From a virus, in the IMG/VR virus record IMGVR_UViG_3300031754_000001, positions 75,584-139,583 of that record: a DNA stretch of 64,000 nucleotides; one strand, written 5' to 3'. Below are positions 28,505-38,380 of this stretch, one piece after another (position 1 is the stretch's first letter; each line of letters begins with the position of its first letter). The position numbers and the translations under genes are program-made. The notes under the pieces were generated by a model. The model was not told the DNA's origin and did not search any database. It saw only the letters and a list, made by a program, of their open reading frames with translations.

Positions 28505-31500
28505 ACGCCCAGGTCCGGCAGGACGCGCCGGTCTACGCGTCGGCCTGCGCGGATTACTACCTGGCCGGGTGGACGTGCGTGATCCCGGTGCCGCCGGAAG
28601 CCAAGTTCCCTCCGCCCGGCGGGTTCACCGGGGCTGGCGGCCGGGACACCACCCCAGAGGACATCGCCGGCTGGGCGGAGCAGCTGCCCGGTTACTCGAT
28701 CGCGCTACGGATGCCGGACGGCGTGATCGGCATCGACGTCGATGAGTACGCCAAGGGCGAGACCGTCAAGCATGGCGCCGCGACCGTAACCGGGGCCGAG
28801 GGGGAATGGGGCGCGCTGCCGCCGACATGCTCATCGACTGCCCGCGGCCAGGATCAGCCGAGCCGCATCCTGTTCTACCGGGTGCCGGCCGGCCGGTACG
28901 CCAGCCAGCTCGGCCCGGATGTCGAGATCATCCAGCGGCATCACCGCTACGCCGTGGTCGCGCCGTCGCCGCACTCCGCTACCGGGACGCCGTATCAGTG
29001 GTACGGCCCGGACGGTTCCCCCCTGGGCGGGAAAGTCCCGGGACCGGGAGAACTGGCCGCTCTGCCGGAAGCGTGGATCCAGGGCCTGGCCGAGGGCGCC
29101 GCGGCAGCCAGCCCGATGGCAGCCAGTATCGGCGAGGCCGGGCAGCTGCTGGCCTGGCTGGAGGCTGAGACCGGGCAGGTGTGCACCGACATGGCGCACG
29201 CGACGGCGGCGATCCTGGCCGAGACCACGGCCGCGCACCCCGGCTCCCGGCATGACCTGATGACCAGGGGCATCTACGAGCTGGTCCAGCTGACCGCCGA
29301 GGGCCACGGCGGTTACGGCACGGTCATCGCCCAGCTGCGCGGGCTATGGGGCGAGCTGACCGCCGGGGAAGACCGGGACGCCGAGTTCGGCGACATGATC
29401 ACCACCGCGGCGCGCAAGGCCGTCACTGCCCACGGCCCGGTCCCGCAGGCAGCCGATCCGTGCCGGGTGTTCGGCCGCGGGCTGCCCCGGTTCGCCGCGC
29501 CCGCACCGGACGTGCCGCCGGGTGCGGGCCTAGATGATGACGAGCTGCCGCCGCCCGAGGCGCCGAGGTTCTGGTCGCCGTGGGGAGAAGACGGGATCGG
29601 CGTGCTGCCATTCGACCCGCCCGCCGGGCTGGACGGGATGCTGGCCCGCGACGTGCTGGGCCGTACCTGGCCGGTACTGCGGTACGCCCCGGACGCGGGC
29701 GCGTGGATCAGGCGCGGCCCGGACAAGTGGGACGTGATCAAGGGCGACTTGTCCAAATGGGCTGTCGACCTGGTGAGCGTGCTCATGCCGCCCGGTGACC
29801 CGGACGCCGCCCAGGGCAGCCCGGAACGGCTTCAGGCTGACCGGCGCAAGCGGTTCATGTCGAACTCCCCGGCCAACGCGATCGCCGGGAAGATGAACGC
29901 GCAGGTCGCCGCCGGGCAGCACCCGTCCGCAGTGGAACTGGCCGCGCTGGACACTGACCGGGAGATCCTGTGGGCCGGGGGCATGCCGTTCGACCTGCGG
30001 AACTCCGACGAGGCTCCGGCGATCTCGCGGTGGACCGACCCGGGCACCCCGCACCTGCACAGCGCGGGCGTGGTCCCGGAGCTGCGCCCCGTGCCGCGAT
30101 GGGACGCGTTCCTGGCCGCGGTCTGGCCGGACGAGGACGTGCGGGCCTGGGCACTGCGCATCCTGTCGATCTCGTTCACCGGCTACCCGGACAAGGCGCT
30201 GCCCATCCTGCTCGGCGACACCGACCGCGGTAAGACCTCGCTGATCATGCTGCTGATGTCCGTGCTGGGCAGTTACGCCCACGTGGCCGATGCCCGGCTG
30301 CTCGCCCCGGCTGACAAGTCACACGCCTCGATCGTGTACGCGCTGCGGGGCCGGCGGCTGTCGTTCATCGATGAGGCACCGCGCACCGGTCAGCTGGCTA
30401 CTGAACGGCTGAAGCAGATCACGGGCGGCGCGGACCTGACCGGCAACCGGATGGGCGAGAACCCCATCACGTTCCCCACCACTCACACGCTGATCCTGAC
30501 CGCCAACCCCGAGCACGAGCCGGTGCTGACCGACGCGGCCATTCGCCGCCGGGTCCGGCTGATCCCGTGCAACGGCGATCCCGCCGCGGTCATCGCGGCC
30601 AGGGCGGCGATCGGCGCGGAGCACGGTGCCGCGTGGCGGGCCGAGGCACCCGGCGTGCTGGCCCGGATGATGGCCGAGACAGCCCGCTGGCTGGCTGACC
30701 CGCACAGCTCCGGCAACGAGTCCGCGCCGGAAGCAGCGGCCCTGGCGGCGAGTGAGATCATGGCGAGCCAGGACCTCACGCTGCAGTGGCTGCGCGAGGA
30801 ATGCGAGGATTTCGAGCGCGGCACCAGGAGCCGTGATCTCTACCTGGCGTTCACGGAGAGTTGCCGGCGGATGGCGGTGAACCCGGCTACGATGCCGTCC
30901 GAAACACGGTGGGGACGGAGGCTGACCGAACTCGGCTACCCCCCATATAAGCGGACGGACGCCAACTACCGGACCCTCCGGATCAAGCCCCCGCAGGTTT
31001 TCATGCCCGGACCAGCGGCACTGAGCGGTCAGAGCGGCGGTTCCGCCCGGCCGCATGGAGGGTCTGAGCCTGAAAATGGAGGGTTCATGGAGGGTTCGGG
31101 GTCAGGGCCTCAACCCTCCATGAACGGAAACACAGCAGGTCAAACCCTCCATGAAACCATCCATATGGAGGGTATGGAGGGTCAGTCAACGTATATAGCA
31201 CACACACACGCGCGCACACGCGCGCACACGCAGGGGGGTAAAGACCAAACCCTCCATACCCTCCAACCTTCCATACCGCCCCCGGCGGACCCCCCCGCAG
31301 CGGAAAACCCCGGTTCGTCACCGGGCGTGACATCACCGGATGCCGCCAGGGCGGGCAAGCCCCGCAAGGCAGCCAGGCCCAGGGCCGTGAAGGTGCGGCC
31401 GGACCCGGTGCTGGAAGGCCCGGTGTACCAGCTGCCGGTCATCGTGGCGCGGAATCCGGACGGCGGCGAGCCGCTGGTGCTGTCGTGCTCGCCGGACGAC

Positions 31501-33288
31501 GCGAGGGCGGCGGCAGAGGGCGCGCTGGCCGGCATGCACGTGGACTGCGAGACCTCGGGGTACCCGCCTGGTCACGCGGATTTCGCGTTGCGTACCGTCC
31601 AGCTGGGTGATGAGCAGATGGCGGCGGTACTGGACCCGGCTGATCCGGAACAGGCGGCGGCAGTCACGGATCTGGTGGCGCGGGCGCGGGTACTGCACGC
31701 GCATTCGGCGGCGGCTGACCTGGTGCCGCTCGCCGCAGCCGGGCTCGGCGACGCCGAGGCGATGTGGGCGAAGATGACCGATTCGGTGCTGATCGCCAAG
31801 CTGGCCGATCCGTCGCTGGCCGGGTCGGATGAGAACGAGCTGAAAAAGCTGGCCCGCGATCTGCTGGGAGGCTATGCGGTCAGCCCTCCTGCGGAGAAGG
31901 CCCGCAGCGCCCTGTTCAAGTCCGGTGGCTGGCTGACCGATACCACGGCGCTGACCCCGCCGGAGAAATCCGGATGGGGCCAGGTCAAGTCCGGTTGCGA
32001 GGTCATGGCCCGGTACGCCGGGTCCGACGTGCTGGACCTGGCCGCGGTGCTGCGCGTGCTGCCGGAGCCCGACCAGGCCGTGCTGGCGCGCGAGCGCGAG
32101 TTCCAGCGGATGTGCGCCCGGGTGAGCCATGCCGGGTTCCGGCTGGACCCGGTGCACATCCGGGCCAAGATCGCCGAGTACACCGCAGCCCGCGAAGCTG
32201 CCCGCGAGCTGGTGGCCGGCCTGTGCCCGGATATCACCAACCCGTCCTCCACCAAGGACGTCCCGGCCGCCCTGCTGGGCATGGGCATCCCGCTCGGCCG
32301 CACGAAGGACGGCAACCCGAGCGCCGCCAAGGCCGTGCTGGAGCCGCTGGCGGCCGACGAGAGCTATGAGCATCACGAATTGCTGCGCGGCATCCTGGAC
32401 TACCGGCATGACGTGACCACGCTCGGGCTGCTGCTGGAGCCCCTGGGAAGGCTGTGCGAGCACGGCGACGGCCGGATGCGCCCGGTGGTCTACACGATCA
32501 ACGCCGACACCGGCCGGACCAGCTGCGTCCGTCCCAACGGGCAGCAGTTCTCCCGGCAGGGCGGCATCCGCGCGTGCGTCATCGCGGATGAGGGCATGGC
32601 CGGAGTCTCGGCTGACTTCTCTGGCGTGGAGATCCGGGTCGGCGCCGCGCTGTCCGGTGACAGGGACCTGCTCGCCGCGGAGCTGTCCACGTACTGCCTG
32701 GCGTGCGCGTCCGATCCGTGTGCCTGCGGGCAGGGCCAGACCGGGCTGCACTGGATGGCCGCGCGGATGGCGTTCGGCGCGGGCGCCACCAAGGAAGACC
32801 GTTACAACTCCAAGCGGATCATCTTCTCCAAGATGTTCGGCGGCGGCCCGAAGTCCGGTGCGGCCCAGGTGGGCGTGCCGGTGGAGGCGGCGTACGCGGT
32901 GCACAGCGCGTTCGAGCAGATCGCGCCTGCGTTCACCGAGTGGGATAAGCAGATGCGCGCCTACGCGGAGGCCGGCAACCGCGGTTTCCGGGCATATTCC
33001 GGCCGGGTCATCTGGCTGCCGCGCGGGCGCAGTCACGCGGCCGGCAATTACGCGATCCAGGGCTCGGCCCGGGAGCTGCTGGTGGACGGGTGCCTGCGCT
33101 GGCACCGGACCCGCTGGGGCCATCTGCCGCTGCTGCCGATCCATGACGAGATCCTGGTATGGGTTCCGGCTGAGGAGGCGCTGGAGGCCCGGGAGACGCT
33201 GAAGGCGTGCATGGCCGGCGAGCTGTACGGCGTGCCGATCGAGGCCAAGGCCGACGAGCCGTTCCTGGCCTGGCCGGATTCTTCGTGA
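28501..33288 (+). CDS. Prim-Pol primase / SF3 (D5-like) helicase / family A DNA polymerase fusion
   Basis: IGIDVD..VVAPS.H; Walker A GDTDRGKTS, Walker B FIDE, motif C LTAN; ExoI VDCETSG, ExoIII YAGSD; PolA DFSGVEIR, R.NSK.IIF..FG, IHDEI. Confidence 0.92.
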   Translation: MNAQVRQDAPVYASACADYYLAGWTCVIPVPPEAKFPPPGGFTGAGGRDTTPEDIAGWAEQLPGYSIALRMPDGVIGIDVDEYAKGETVKHGAATVTGAEGEWGALPPTCSSTARGQDQPSRILFYRVPAGRYASQLGPDVEIIQRHHRYAVVAPSPHSATGTPYQWYGPDGSPLGGKVPGPGELAALPEAWIQGLAEGAAAASPMAASIGEAGQLLAWLEAETGQVCTDMAHATAAILAETTAAHPGSRHDLMTRGIYELVQLTAEGHGGYGTVIAQLRGLWGELTAGEDRDAEFGDMITTAARKAVTAHGPVPQAADPCRVFGRGLPRFAAPAPDVPPGAGLDDDELPPPEAPRFWSPWGEDGIGVLPFDPPAGLDGMLARDVLGRTWPVLRYAPDAGAWIRRGPDKWDVIKGDLSKWAVDLVSVLMPPGDPDAAQGSPERLQADRRKRFMSNSPANAIAGKMNAQVAAGQHPSAVELAALDTDREILWAGGMPFDLRNSDEAPAISRWTDPGTPHLHSAGVVPELRPVPRWDAFLAAVWPDEDVRAWALRILSISFTGYPDKALPILLGDTDRGKTSLIMLLMSVLGSYAHVADARLLAPADKSHASIVYALRGRRLSFIDEAPRTGQLATERLKQITGGADLTGNRMGENPITFPTTHTLILTANPEHEPVLTDAAIRRRVRLIPCNGDPAAVIAARAAIGAEHGAAWRAEAPGVLARMMAETARWLADPHSSGNESAPEAAALAASEIMASQDLTLQWLREECEDFERGTRSRDLYLAFTESCRRMAVNPATMPSETRWGRRLTELGYPPYKRTDANYRTLRIKPPQVFMPGPAALSGQSGGSARPHGGSEPENGGFMEGSGSGPQPSMNGNTAGQTLHETIHMEGMEGQSTYIAHTHARTRAHTQGGKDQTLHTLQPSIPPPADPPAAENPGSSPGVTSPDAARAGKPRKAARPRAVKVRPDPVLEGPVYQLPVIVARNPDGGEPLVLSCSPDDARAAAEGALAGMHVDCETSGYPPGHADFALRTVQLGDEQMAAVLDPADPEQAAAVTDLVARARVLHAHSAAADLVPLAAAGLGDAEAMWAKMTDSVLIAKLADPSLAGSDENELKKLARDLLGGYAVSPPAEKARSALFKSGGWLTDTTALTPPEKSGWGQVKSGCEVMARYAGSDVLDLAAVLRVLPEPDQAVLAREREFQRMCARVSHAGFRLDPVHIRAKIAEYTAAREAARELVAGLCPDITNPSSTKDVPAALLGMGIPLGRTKDGNPSAAKAVLEPLAADESYEHHELLRGILDYRHDVTTLGLLLEPLGRLCEHGDGRMRPVVYTINADTGRTSCVRPNGQQFSRQGGIRACVIADEGMAGVSADFSGVEIRVGAALSGDRDLLAAELSTYCLACASDPCACGQGQTGLHWMAARMAFGAGATKEDRYNSKRIIFSKMFGGGPKSGAAQVGVPVEAAYAVHSAFEQIAPAFTEWDKQMRAYAEAGNRGFRAYSGRVIWLPRGRSHAAGNYAIQGSARELLVDGCLRWHRTRWGHLPLLPIHDEILVWVPAEEALEARETLKACMAGELYGVPIEAKADEPFLAWPDSS
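31055..31274. repeat. iteron array, putative replication origin inside the replicase gene
   Basis: About 11 copies of ATGGAGGGT/ACCCTCCAT in both orientations around GTATATAG and CA/CG repeats. Confidence 0.75.
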
Positions 33289-33309
33289 CAAGTGAATAGG
33301 AGGAACGAG

Positions 33310-33573
33310 ATGACGGAGGAGACGATCCTGGTCCTGGCCGGGGTGACCCGCGAGCAGCTCGGCCGGCAGGTCCGCCGGGAATGGGAGGCGTGGGCGCGGG
33401 AGCAGCCCGACGTGGCGGATCACCCGGCCTGGACGCGCCCCTGGCATGCCCTGGACGAGCGTGACCGGGAGGCGGACCGCCGGATCGGCGTGGCGTTGTT
33501 CCGCGCGGGCTGGCTGGCCGGGCACAGCCTGCACGGCGGGCTGCCGTCTTCCGGTCGACCGGAACGTTCATGA
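33310..33573 (+). CDS. RyR-domain-like small protein
   Basis: W.AW...HP...PW..L.E..RE.DR. Confidence 0.5.
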   Translation: MTEETILVLAGVTREQLGRQVRREWEAWAREQPDVADHPAWTRPWHALDERDREADRRIGVALFRAGWLAGHSLHGGLPSSGRPERS

Positions 33574-33806
33574 CCGCCGGCTGGGTCCCGGTCACCAGTT
33601 CCGCGTTCGCGCGGATGAGCCAGGCCCGGCGGAATGAGTCCCTGGCCTGCGCGATAGCCGAGCTGGCGGTCATCCAGGCCGCGGTGAAGACGGCGGGGCC
33701 GGGGCCGGGCGCCCTGCTGTACGCCATGCTCAGCGTGACCCGGTACGGCTGCGTCCGGGTTGACGGCGACGGGCGGCTGGCAGTCTGGGCGGGTGACCCG
33801 CGGTGA
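33570..33806 (+). CDS. hypothetical protein
   Basis: ATGA overlap. Confidence 0.45.
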   Translation: MTAGWVPVTSSAFARMSQARRNESLACAIAELAVIQAAVKTAGPGPGALLYAMLSVTRYGCVRVDGDGRLAVWAGDPR

Positions 33807-33936
33807 CCGGCACGCAGTGGGTGCCCGAGCTGGCGGACGACTGCGCCTGCCGGTGGACGTCGCCGTCCGGGCAGCCCGGCTGGATCCTGGAGAAGCGCCA
33901 CGACGGGTGCAGGTCCGCCGTGCACGGGAAGGGACC

Positions 33937-34431
33937 GTGACCCGCAGTGCGGTGATCAGCGGCGACCGGGTGTACCGGTACGTGCTGACCCGCCGCTGGT
34001 CCGCCGCCCCGGCCATGCCGTGGATGTGCCTGAACCCGTCGACCGCCGACGCGGATACCGACGATCCGTCGATCCGGCGGATGTGCGGGTTCGCCCGGCG
34101 CGAGGGCTGCGGAGGGATCTGCGTGCTCAACCTGTACGCCATGCGCTCCCCGGATCCGGGTGCGCTCCGGGACGGCGCCAGCCTGGACCCGGTAGGCCCG
34201 GATAATGACCGGTGGATCGCCGGCCTGCGGATCGAGTTCGCCGTCCGTGCGGTTGTCCCGGTCACGGTTGCCTGGGGCGCGAACCCGCTGGCGGCGGCCC
34301 GGGTTCCGCGGGTCATGGAACTGCTGGCCGGGCTGCCGGCGGTGTGCCTGGGCACGACCAGATCAGGTGCGCCCCGGCACCCGCTGTACGTCCGCGCCGA
34401 TGCTCCGCTCGTGCCGTGGGTGATGTCGTGA
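33937..34431 (+). CDS. DUF1643 family protein
   Basis: YRYVLTRRW, LNPSTAD..DDPSIRR, NLYA.RS.DP, AWG, G.PRHPLY. Confidence 0.9.
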   Translation: MTRSAVISGDRVYRYVLTRRWSAAPAMPWMCLNPSTADADTDDPSIRRMCGFARREGCGGICVLNLYAMRSPDPGALRDGASLDPVGPDNDRWIAGLRIEFAVRAVVPVTVAWGANPLAAARVPRVMELLAGLPAVCLGTTRSGAPRHPLYVRADAPLVPWVMS

Positions 34432-34625
34432 CGGGCGAGCGGCATCAGGAACGGGAACTCCGGGATGAGCCCTGCGGGTGCCAGCTCATCTGGTCTCGCG
34501 GGCGGTGGCACCCGGTCGTGACCTGCCGGGAGCACTGGCGCGGAGAGCCGGATGGCATCTGCTGGACCGGGAGTGATTCCCCGTGATTATCCTGTTGCTC
34601 GCTGGCATGCGGTAAACTGGTAACC

Positions 34626-34853
34626 GTGACGAGGGTACAGGTTCCGGGGGCTTACCGCATCCTGATCGGGCTGAAGGTGAGCCAGGACATGGCCGCGCGG
34701 ATCGACACTGTGCGCGGGGATGTCACCCGGGCAGACTGGCTGCGGGCGGCAGCGGATACCGCGCTGGCCGCGCAGCGTGCTGGAGAGGACTGGGAGCGCC
34801 GGGCGCGCGACGCCGAGGATCGCCTGGCCCTCGTAGCCAAGGCGCTGGCGTGA
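34626..34853 (+). CDS. ribbon-helix-helix DNA-binding protein
   Basis: ILIGLKVS.DM.ARID..RG..TRADWLR.A. Confidence 0.6.
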   Translation: MTRVQVPGAYRILIGLKVSQDMAARIDTVRGDVTRADWLRAAADTALAAQRAGEDWERRARDAEDRLALVAKALA

Positions 34854-34854
34854 T

Positions 34855-35118
34855 ATGCCTGGTCTTCTGCCTGCGGGTATGCGCTGTACGGCTTACTGGT
34901 TTGCACGAGCCCGGGGGTTGCCTCAGGACCTGGACTACCTGAAGGCGCTTGGCTTGACGGCGTACCGGATGGCTCGCTGGGAGGGCCTGGAGGAGTGGAG
35001 AGTTCCTGAAGGTCCCTATTTTTGCTGCATGTGGCCGGAGCGGATCTGGGATGCCGCCGCGAACGGCGTGGTGCGGGGGTACTCCGGTAATCTTTACGGC
35101 GCGAGCGGCGGGGCCTGA
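34855..35118 (+). CDS. hypothetical protein
   Basis: Follows the RHH gene by 1 bp. Confidence 0.45.
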   Translation: MPGLLPAGMRCTAYWFARARGLPQDLDYLKALGLTAYRMARWEGLEEWRVPEGPYFCCMWPERIWDAAANGVVRGYSGNLYGASGGA

Positions 35119-35507
35119 CCGTGAGCAGGCGCGGTGGCCCGGGAGGGCTCACGTCGGCGTGGCGGCTGCGGGAATGTCCCGCCTGCCAGGGTCCGCGGCC
35201 GGATCCGGTGATCGCGTATGGCGATGACTGGTACGGGAGGAATCCGTACGGCTGAGGCGGGTCCGGACGTTCCGATCGATCGGAAGTCCGGCCGTGCTGG
35301 GCTATCCTGCCGGTAAGAGCCCGCGGCCGGCGCCCCGGAGCCGGGGTCCCCCTCCCTACCCCCGGGGGAGGCCTGGCAGTGCCCGGGAATCTTCCTGCCA
35401 TTTCCCGCGCCGGCCGCGGCTCGGATGTGCTGGGTTAGGCTGAGCCTGTAAGCCTGCGGCCGTGTGCATGCGGAGCCAGGATCCTGACGTCACGAGGGAG
35501 CCCGGAT

Positions 35508-36344
35508 ATGCCGCTGCGGGACGCGGGCGCGCCGCCCGGTTACGTGATCGGGTACGACGCCATCCGGGTGAACGCCGCCAGCCTGCCGAAGGGCGCGCAG
35601 GCGTACGCGGGGTACTCCACCGGTTCCGGCGTCGTGCCGTGGCCGGATTCGCTGTTCGCCTCCTACGCCACTGCGCTCGGCCCGTGCCTGCGCATCGACC
35701 AGGACCCGGCCGCCTCGGATCCCACCGCGGACTACCTGGACGTGGAGCGCGGCGCGGCCACGGTCGCCGACTGCCCCGGCTGGGCCAGGCAGGCGATGGC
35801 TGACATCAGGGCGGTCCGGCGCAGGGGCCAGCGCTCCCCCGCCATCTACGCGTCCGCCTCGGCCGTCACCTCCGTGGTCAACGCGCTCCTCGCCGGCGGC
35901 ATCCCCTCCGGGGTCGGCCTGATCATCGCCGACTGGAACCTCACCGAGGTGACGGCGATCGCCGGCGTGCTGGCCGCGGCCGGGCCGTTCCCGGTGGTCG
36001 GCATCCAGTTCGCCGATCCCGGGCCGTACGACGTCAACATCTTCAGCCGGGCGTGGCTGGCCGGCCAGGCCGGGGGCGCGCCCGCGCCTGCCCCGGTTCC
36101 CGTCCCCGTCCCGGCCGCGGTGATCACGCTCTCGCTCACGCTGCCCGTCCTGGTCCTGGACGCCGCGGGCGAGGACGTGAAGTCGGCCCAGGGCCTGCTG
36201 AACGCCCGCGGCTACCCGGTGACCGTCGATGGGACGTACGGCCCGGCCACCAGGGCGGCGGTCACCGCGTTCCAGCATGCTGCCGGGCTGGCCGCGGACG
36301 GGATTACCGGGCACGACACCTGGCTGGGGCTGCACAAGCGCTGA
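35508..36344 (+). CDS. endolysin (GH25-like barrel + peptidoglycan-binding domain)
   Basis: LDVERG..T, PAIY.S, IADW, IQF..YD; Pro/Ala linker; G.DVK..Q..L...DG.YGP.T..AV..FQ...GL..DG..G..TW. Confidence 0.85.
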   Translation: MPLRDAGAPPGYVIGYDAIRVNAASLPKGAQAYAGYSTGSGVVPWPDSLFASYATALGPCLRIDQDPAASDPTADYLDVERGAATVADCPGWARQAMADIRAVRRRGQRSPAIYASASAVTSVVNALLAGGIPSGVGLIIADWNLTEVTAIAGVLAAAGPFPVVGIQFADPGPYDVNIFSRAWLAGQAGGAPAPAPVPVPVPAAVITLSLTLPVLVLDAAGEDVKSAQGLLNARGYPVTVDGTYGPATRAAVTAFQHAAGLAADGITGHDTWLGLHKR

Positions 36345-36374
36345 GGTGGCTGTCTCATCCGGTATTGTTGACAT

Positions 36375-36596
36375 ATGCCGAGAAGTGACTGCGGGGCCTG
36401 TAAGCGCTGGTTCAGCGGCGTGTCCGCGTTTGATCTTCACCAGGCTCTCGGTCCGGATGGCCTGGTGTGCCGGGATCCGGCAGTGCGAGGTCTCGAACTC
36501 GGGAATGACGGAATCTGGCGCTGGCCACGCCGTGGGGATGGCCCGGAAGCGCGGCGGGGCGATCACAGGGCTGTTTTCAGGGATGTCCTGGTGTGA
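36375..36596 (+). CDS. FDXHR-type zinc-binding protein
   Basis: CGAC...FSG..AFDLH...C.DP. Confidence 0.7.
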   Translation: MPRSDCGACKRWFSGVSAFDLHQALGPDGLVCRDPAVRGLELGNDGIWRWPRRGDGPEARRGDHRAVFRDVLV

Positions 36597-36634
36597 TGGG
36601 CTAGGGTCAGGGTTCCGGGTCCTTAGAATCGCGT

Positions 36635-37003
36635 ATGGGCACGCCGCACCCGAGGGGCCACCGCTGGGAGGCTTTCGCCCGCGCGGTCATCTCGCATTAC
36701 GGCGGCTTGTGCCACATCTGCGGGCACGGGGGAGCCCGGCAGCCGGACCACGTGATCAGCATCGCCGACCGGCCGGACCTGGCCTGGAAACTGGAGAACT
36801 GCCGGCCGGCCCACGGTGCGCCCGGGAACCCGTGCCCGGTCTGCACCGCGGAGTGCGGTCGGCGGGTGTTCTGTAATCAATTGCGCGGCGCCATGTCAGT
36901 GGGCAGGGCTCAGCGGATCATCGCGGAGTGGCGCGAGGCGAACCGCGGTGCCCGGCCGCCGGGCCGGCCAGAACCGGACACGGCGGCCGGGCGGCCGTGG
37001 TGA
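36635..37003 (+). CDS. HNH endonuclease
   Basis: CHICG..GA...DHV......N.RPAH...CN. Confidence 0.85.
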   Translation: MGTPHPRGHRWEAFARAVISHYGGLCHICGHGGARQPDHVISIADRPDLAWKLENCRPAHGAPGNPCPVCTAECGRRVFCNQLRGAMSVGRAQRIIAEWREANRGARPPGRPEPDTAAGRPW

Positions 37004-37231
37004 TCACCTGCTCCGCGAGGATCGTTCGCAGTCGCGGCAGAGATAGTCCCCGGCCGGGATCTCGTCTCCGCAATCGGCGCAGTAGTCAACCGCGTTTTCC
37101 AGCATGTCCTGTGACTGGTTGGCCTGGGGCGTGCGCGTTCTCCTGATGATTCCCACGATGGGCTGCACCTCCCTCCAGTTGAAGGCGGCCTGCTCGTCCG
37201 GTGGCCCGCCAGGTCCTGCCTGGGCTGCCAT
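37004..37231 (-). CDS. small C4 zinc-finger protein
   Basis: CADCGDEIP....CRDC; GGAGGA RBS. Confidence 0.55.
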   Translation of the reverse strand: MAAQAGPGGPPDEQAAFNWREVQPIVGIIRRTRTPQANQSQDMLENAVDYCADCGDEIPAGDYLCRDCERSSRSR

Positions 37232-37239
37232 GCGTCCTC

Positions 37240-38004
37240 CTAGGAGTCTTGCCCGGGTAACTCCCCCGGGTTCACGGTTTCGTGCCGTTCGTGCGGGGAA
37301 TCCGGGCACCGGACTGCTGCGTCGTACCCGTCTCGGGCCTCGGTTAGCCCGCGCACTATCACGTCCACCTGGTTGGCGGCCACGGTTACCGGCTGCCCGC
37401 ACCACTGGCAGGTGCTCGCGCCGGGTTCGGTGACAGGCTCGCCGCGTTTGCGCCGGGCAGCGGTCATCCCGGTTTCGAGGCTGACGATGACGGGCATGGC
37501 CGCCACTGCCAGCTCCCGGGCCGTGTTCTCGCCGAGCCCCCGCGCGGCCAGCGCGCTCTTGAGGTTCGCGACGTCGGTGGCGATGTTCTCGATCTCGCTG
37601 ATAGTCAGTGCCATGGTCAGTTTCCTGTCTCGATCAGGCTCGCCTGATCCGGGCGTTATCCCGGTGAAGTGCGCGCTGCTGCGAGCCCGGCCGGCTACCG
37701 CCGCCTTGATCTGGCTCTCGATCTCGCGTAGCGGCGTGTCCAGCCGCTCGATGCCCAGCGCGGCGCAGGCCGCCCGGCGGGCCTCTAGCACGGAAGCCGG
37801 CAGCTCCTTCCGGATTACGCTTAGCATGGCGTTCTGGTTCGCCTCGTGCAGCAGGGTGGCCAGCGCGGTGATCAGGGCCGGGTCCGGCTCGGCCAGGGCT
37901 ACGGTTTTGATCCAGTCCCTGGCGAGCGCCAGGACCGCTGTTCGCGCCTCTGCCGTAGTCCGTACGGCCGGGTCTGCCGGGCCGCCTTCGGCGAAGGCTT
38001 CCAT
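37240..38004 (-). CDS. hypothetical protein with a C-terminal zinc ribbon
   Basis: CQWC...C....H. Confidence 0.55.
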   Translation of the reverse strand: MEAFAEGGPADPAVRTTAEARTAVLALARDWIKTVALAEPDPALITALATLLHEANQNAMLSVIRKELPASVLEARRAACAALGIERLDTPLREIESQIKAAVAGRARSSAHFTGITPGSGEPDRDRKLTMALTISEIENIATDVANLKSALAARGLGENTARELAVAAMPVIVSLETGMTAARRKRGEPVTEPGASTCQWCGQPVTVAANQVDVIVRGLTEARDGYDAAVRCPDSPHERHETVNPGELPGQDS

Positions 38005-38380
38005 GATGTCGCCGGCCAGGGCTCGGCGGCGGCGGTGACCAGACCGGAATCCCCCCCGGGCTCGCGGTACCCGAGGAACCGGAGCATTCGCCCGGCCACG
38101 GTGTCGCTAGCGTAGATGATGACGCTGCCGCCCAGTCCGGGCTCGGCGCTGATCCCGGCGGCCAGGAAGCGGGTGGCCAGGCCCCGCGCGGTCTCCATCC
38201 AGGCTGCGGTCCCGGTCTTTCACGGGTTTCCCTCCAGGAGGGTCAGGTCAGATTCGGGCCAGCTCACCGGCTGGGCGGCGCAGTCAGCCAGCACTACCCA
38301 GCGCCCGGGGGCGGCGGCGGCCTTGCGGATGATGATGCCCTTGACCCCGAGCGGGCCGATGAGCACCTGGTCCCCGGTTT

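Noticed and set aside
31333-33534. 733-aa minus-strand ORF
   Set aside because: Shadow of the PolA domain
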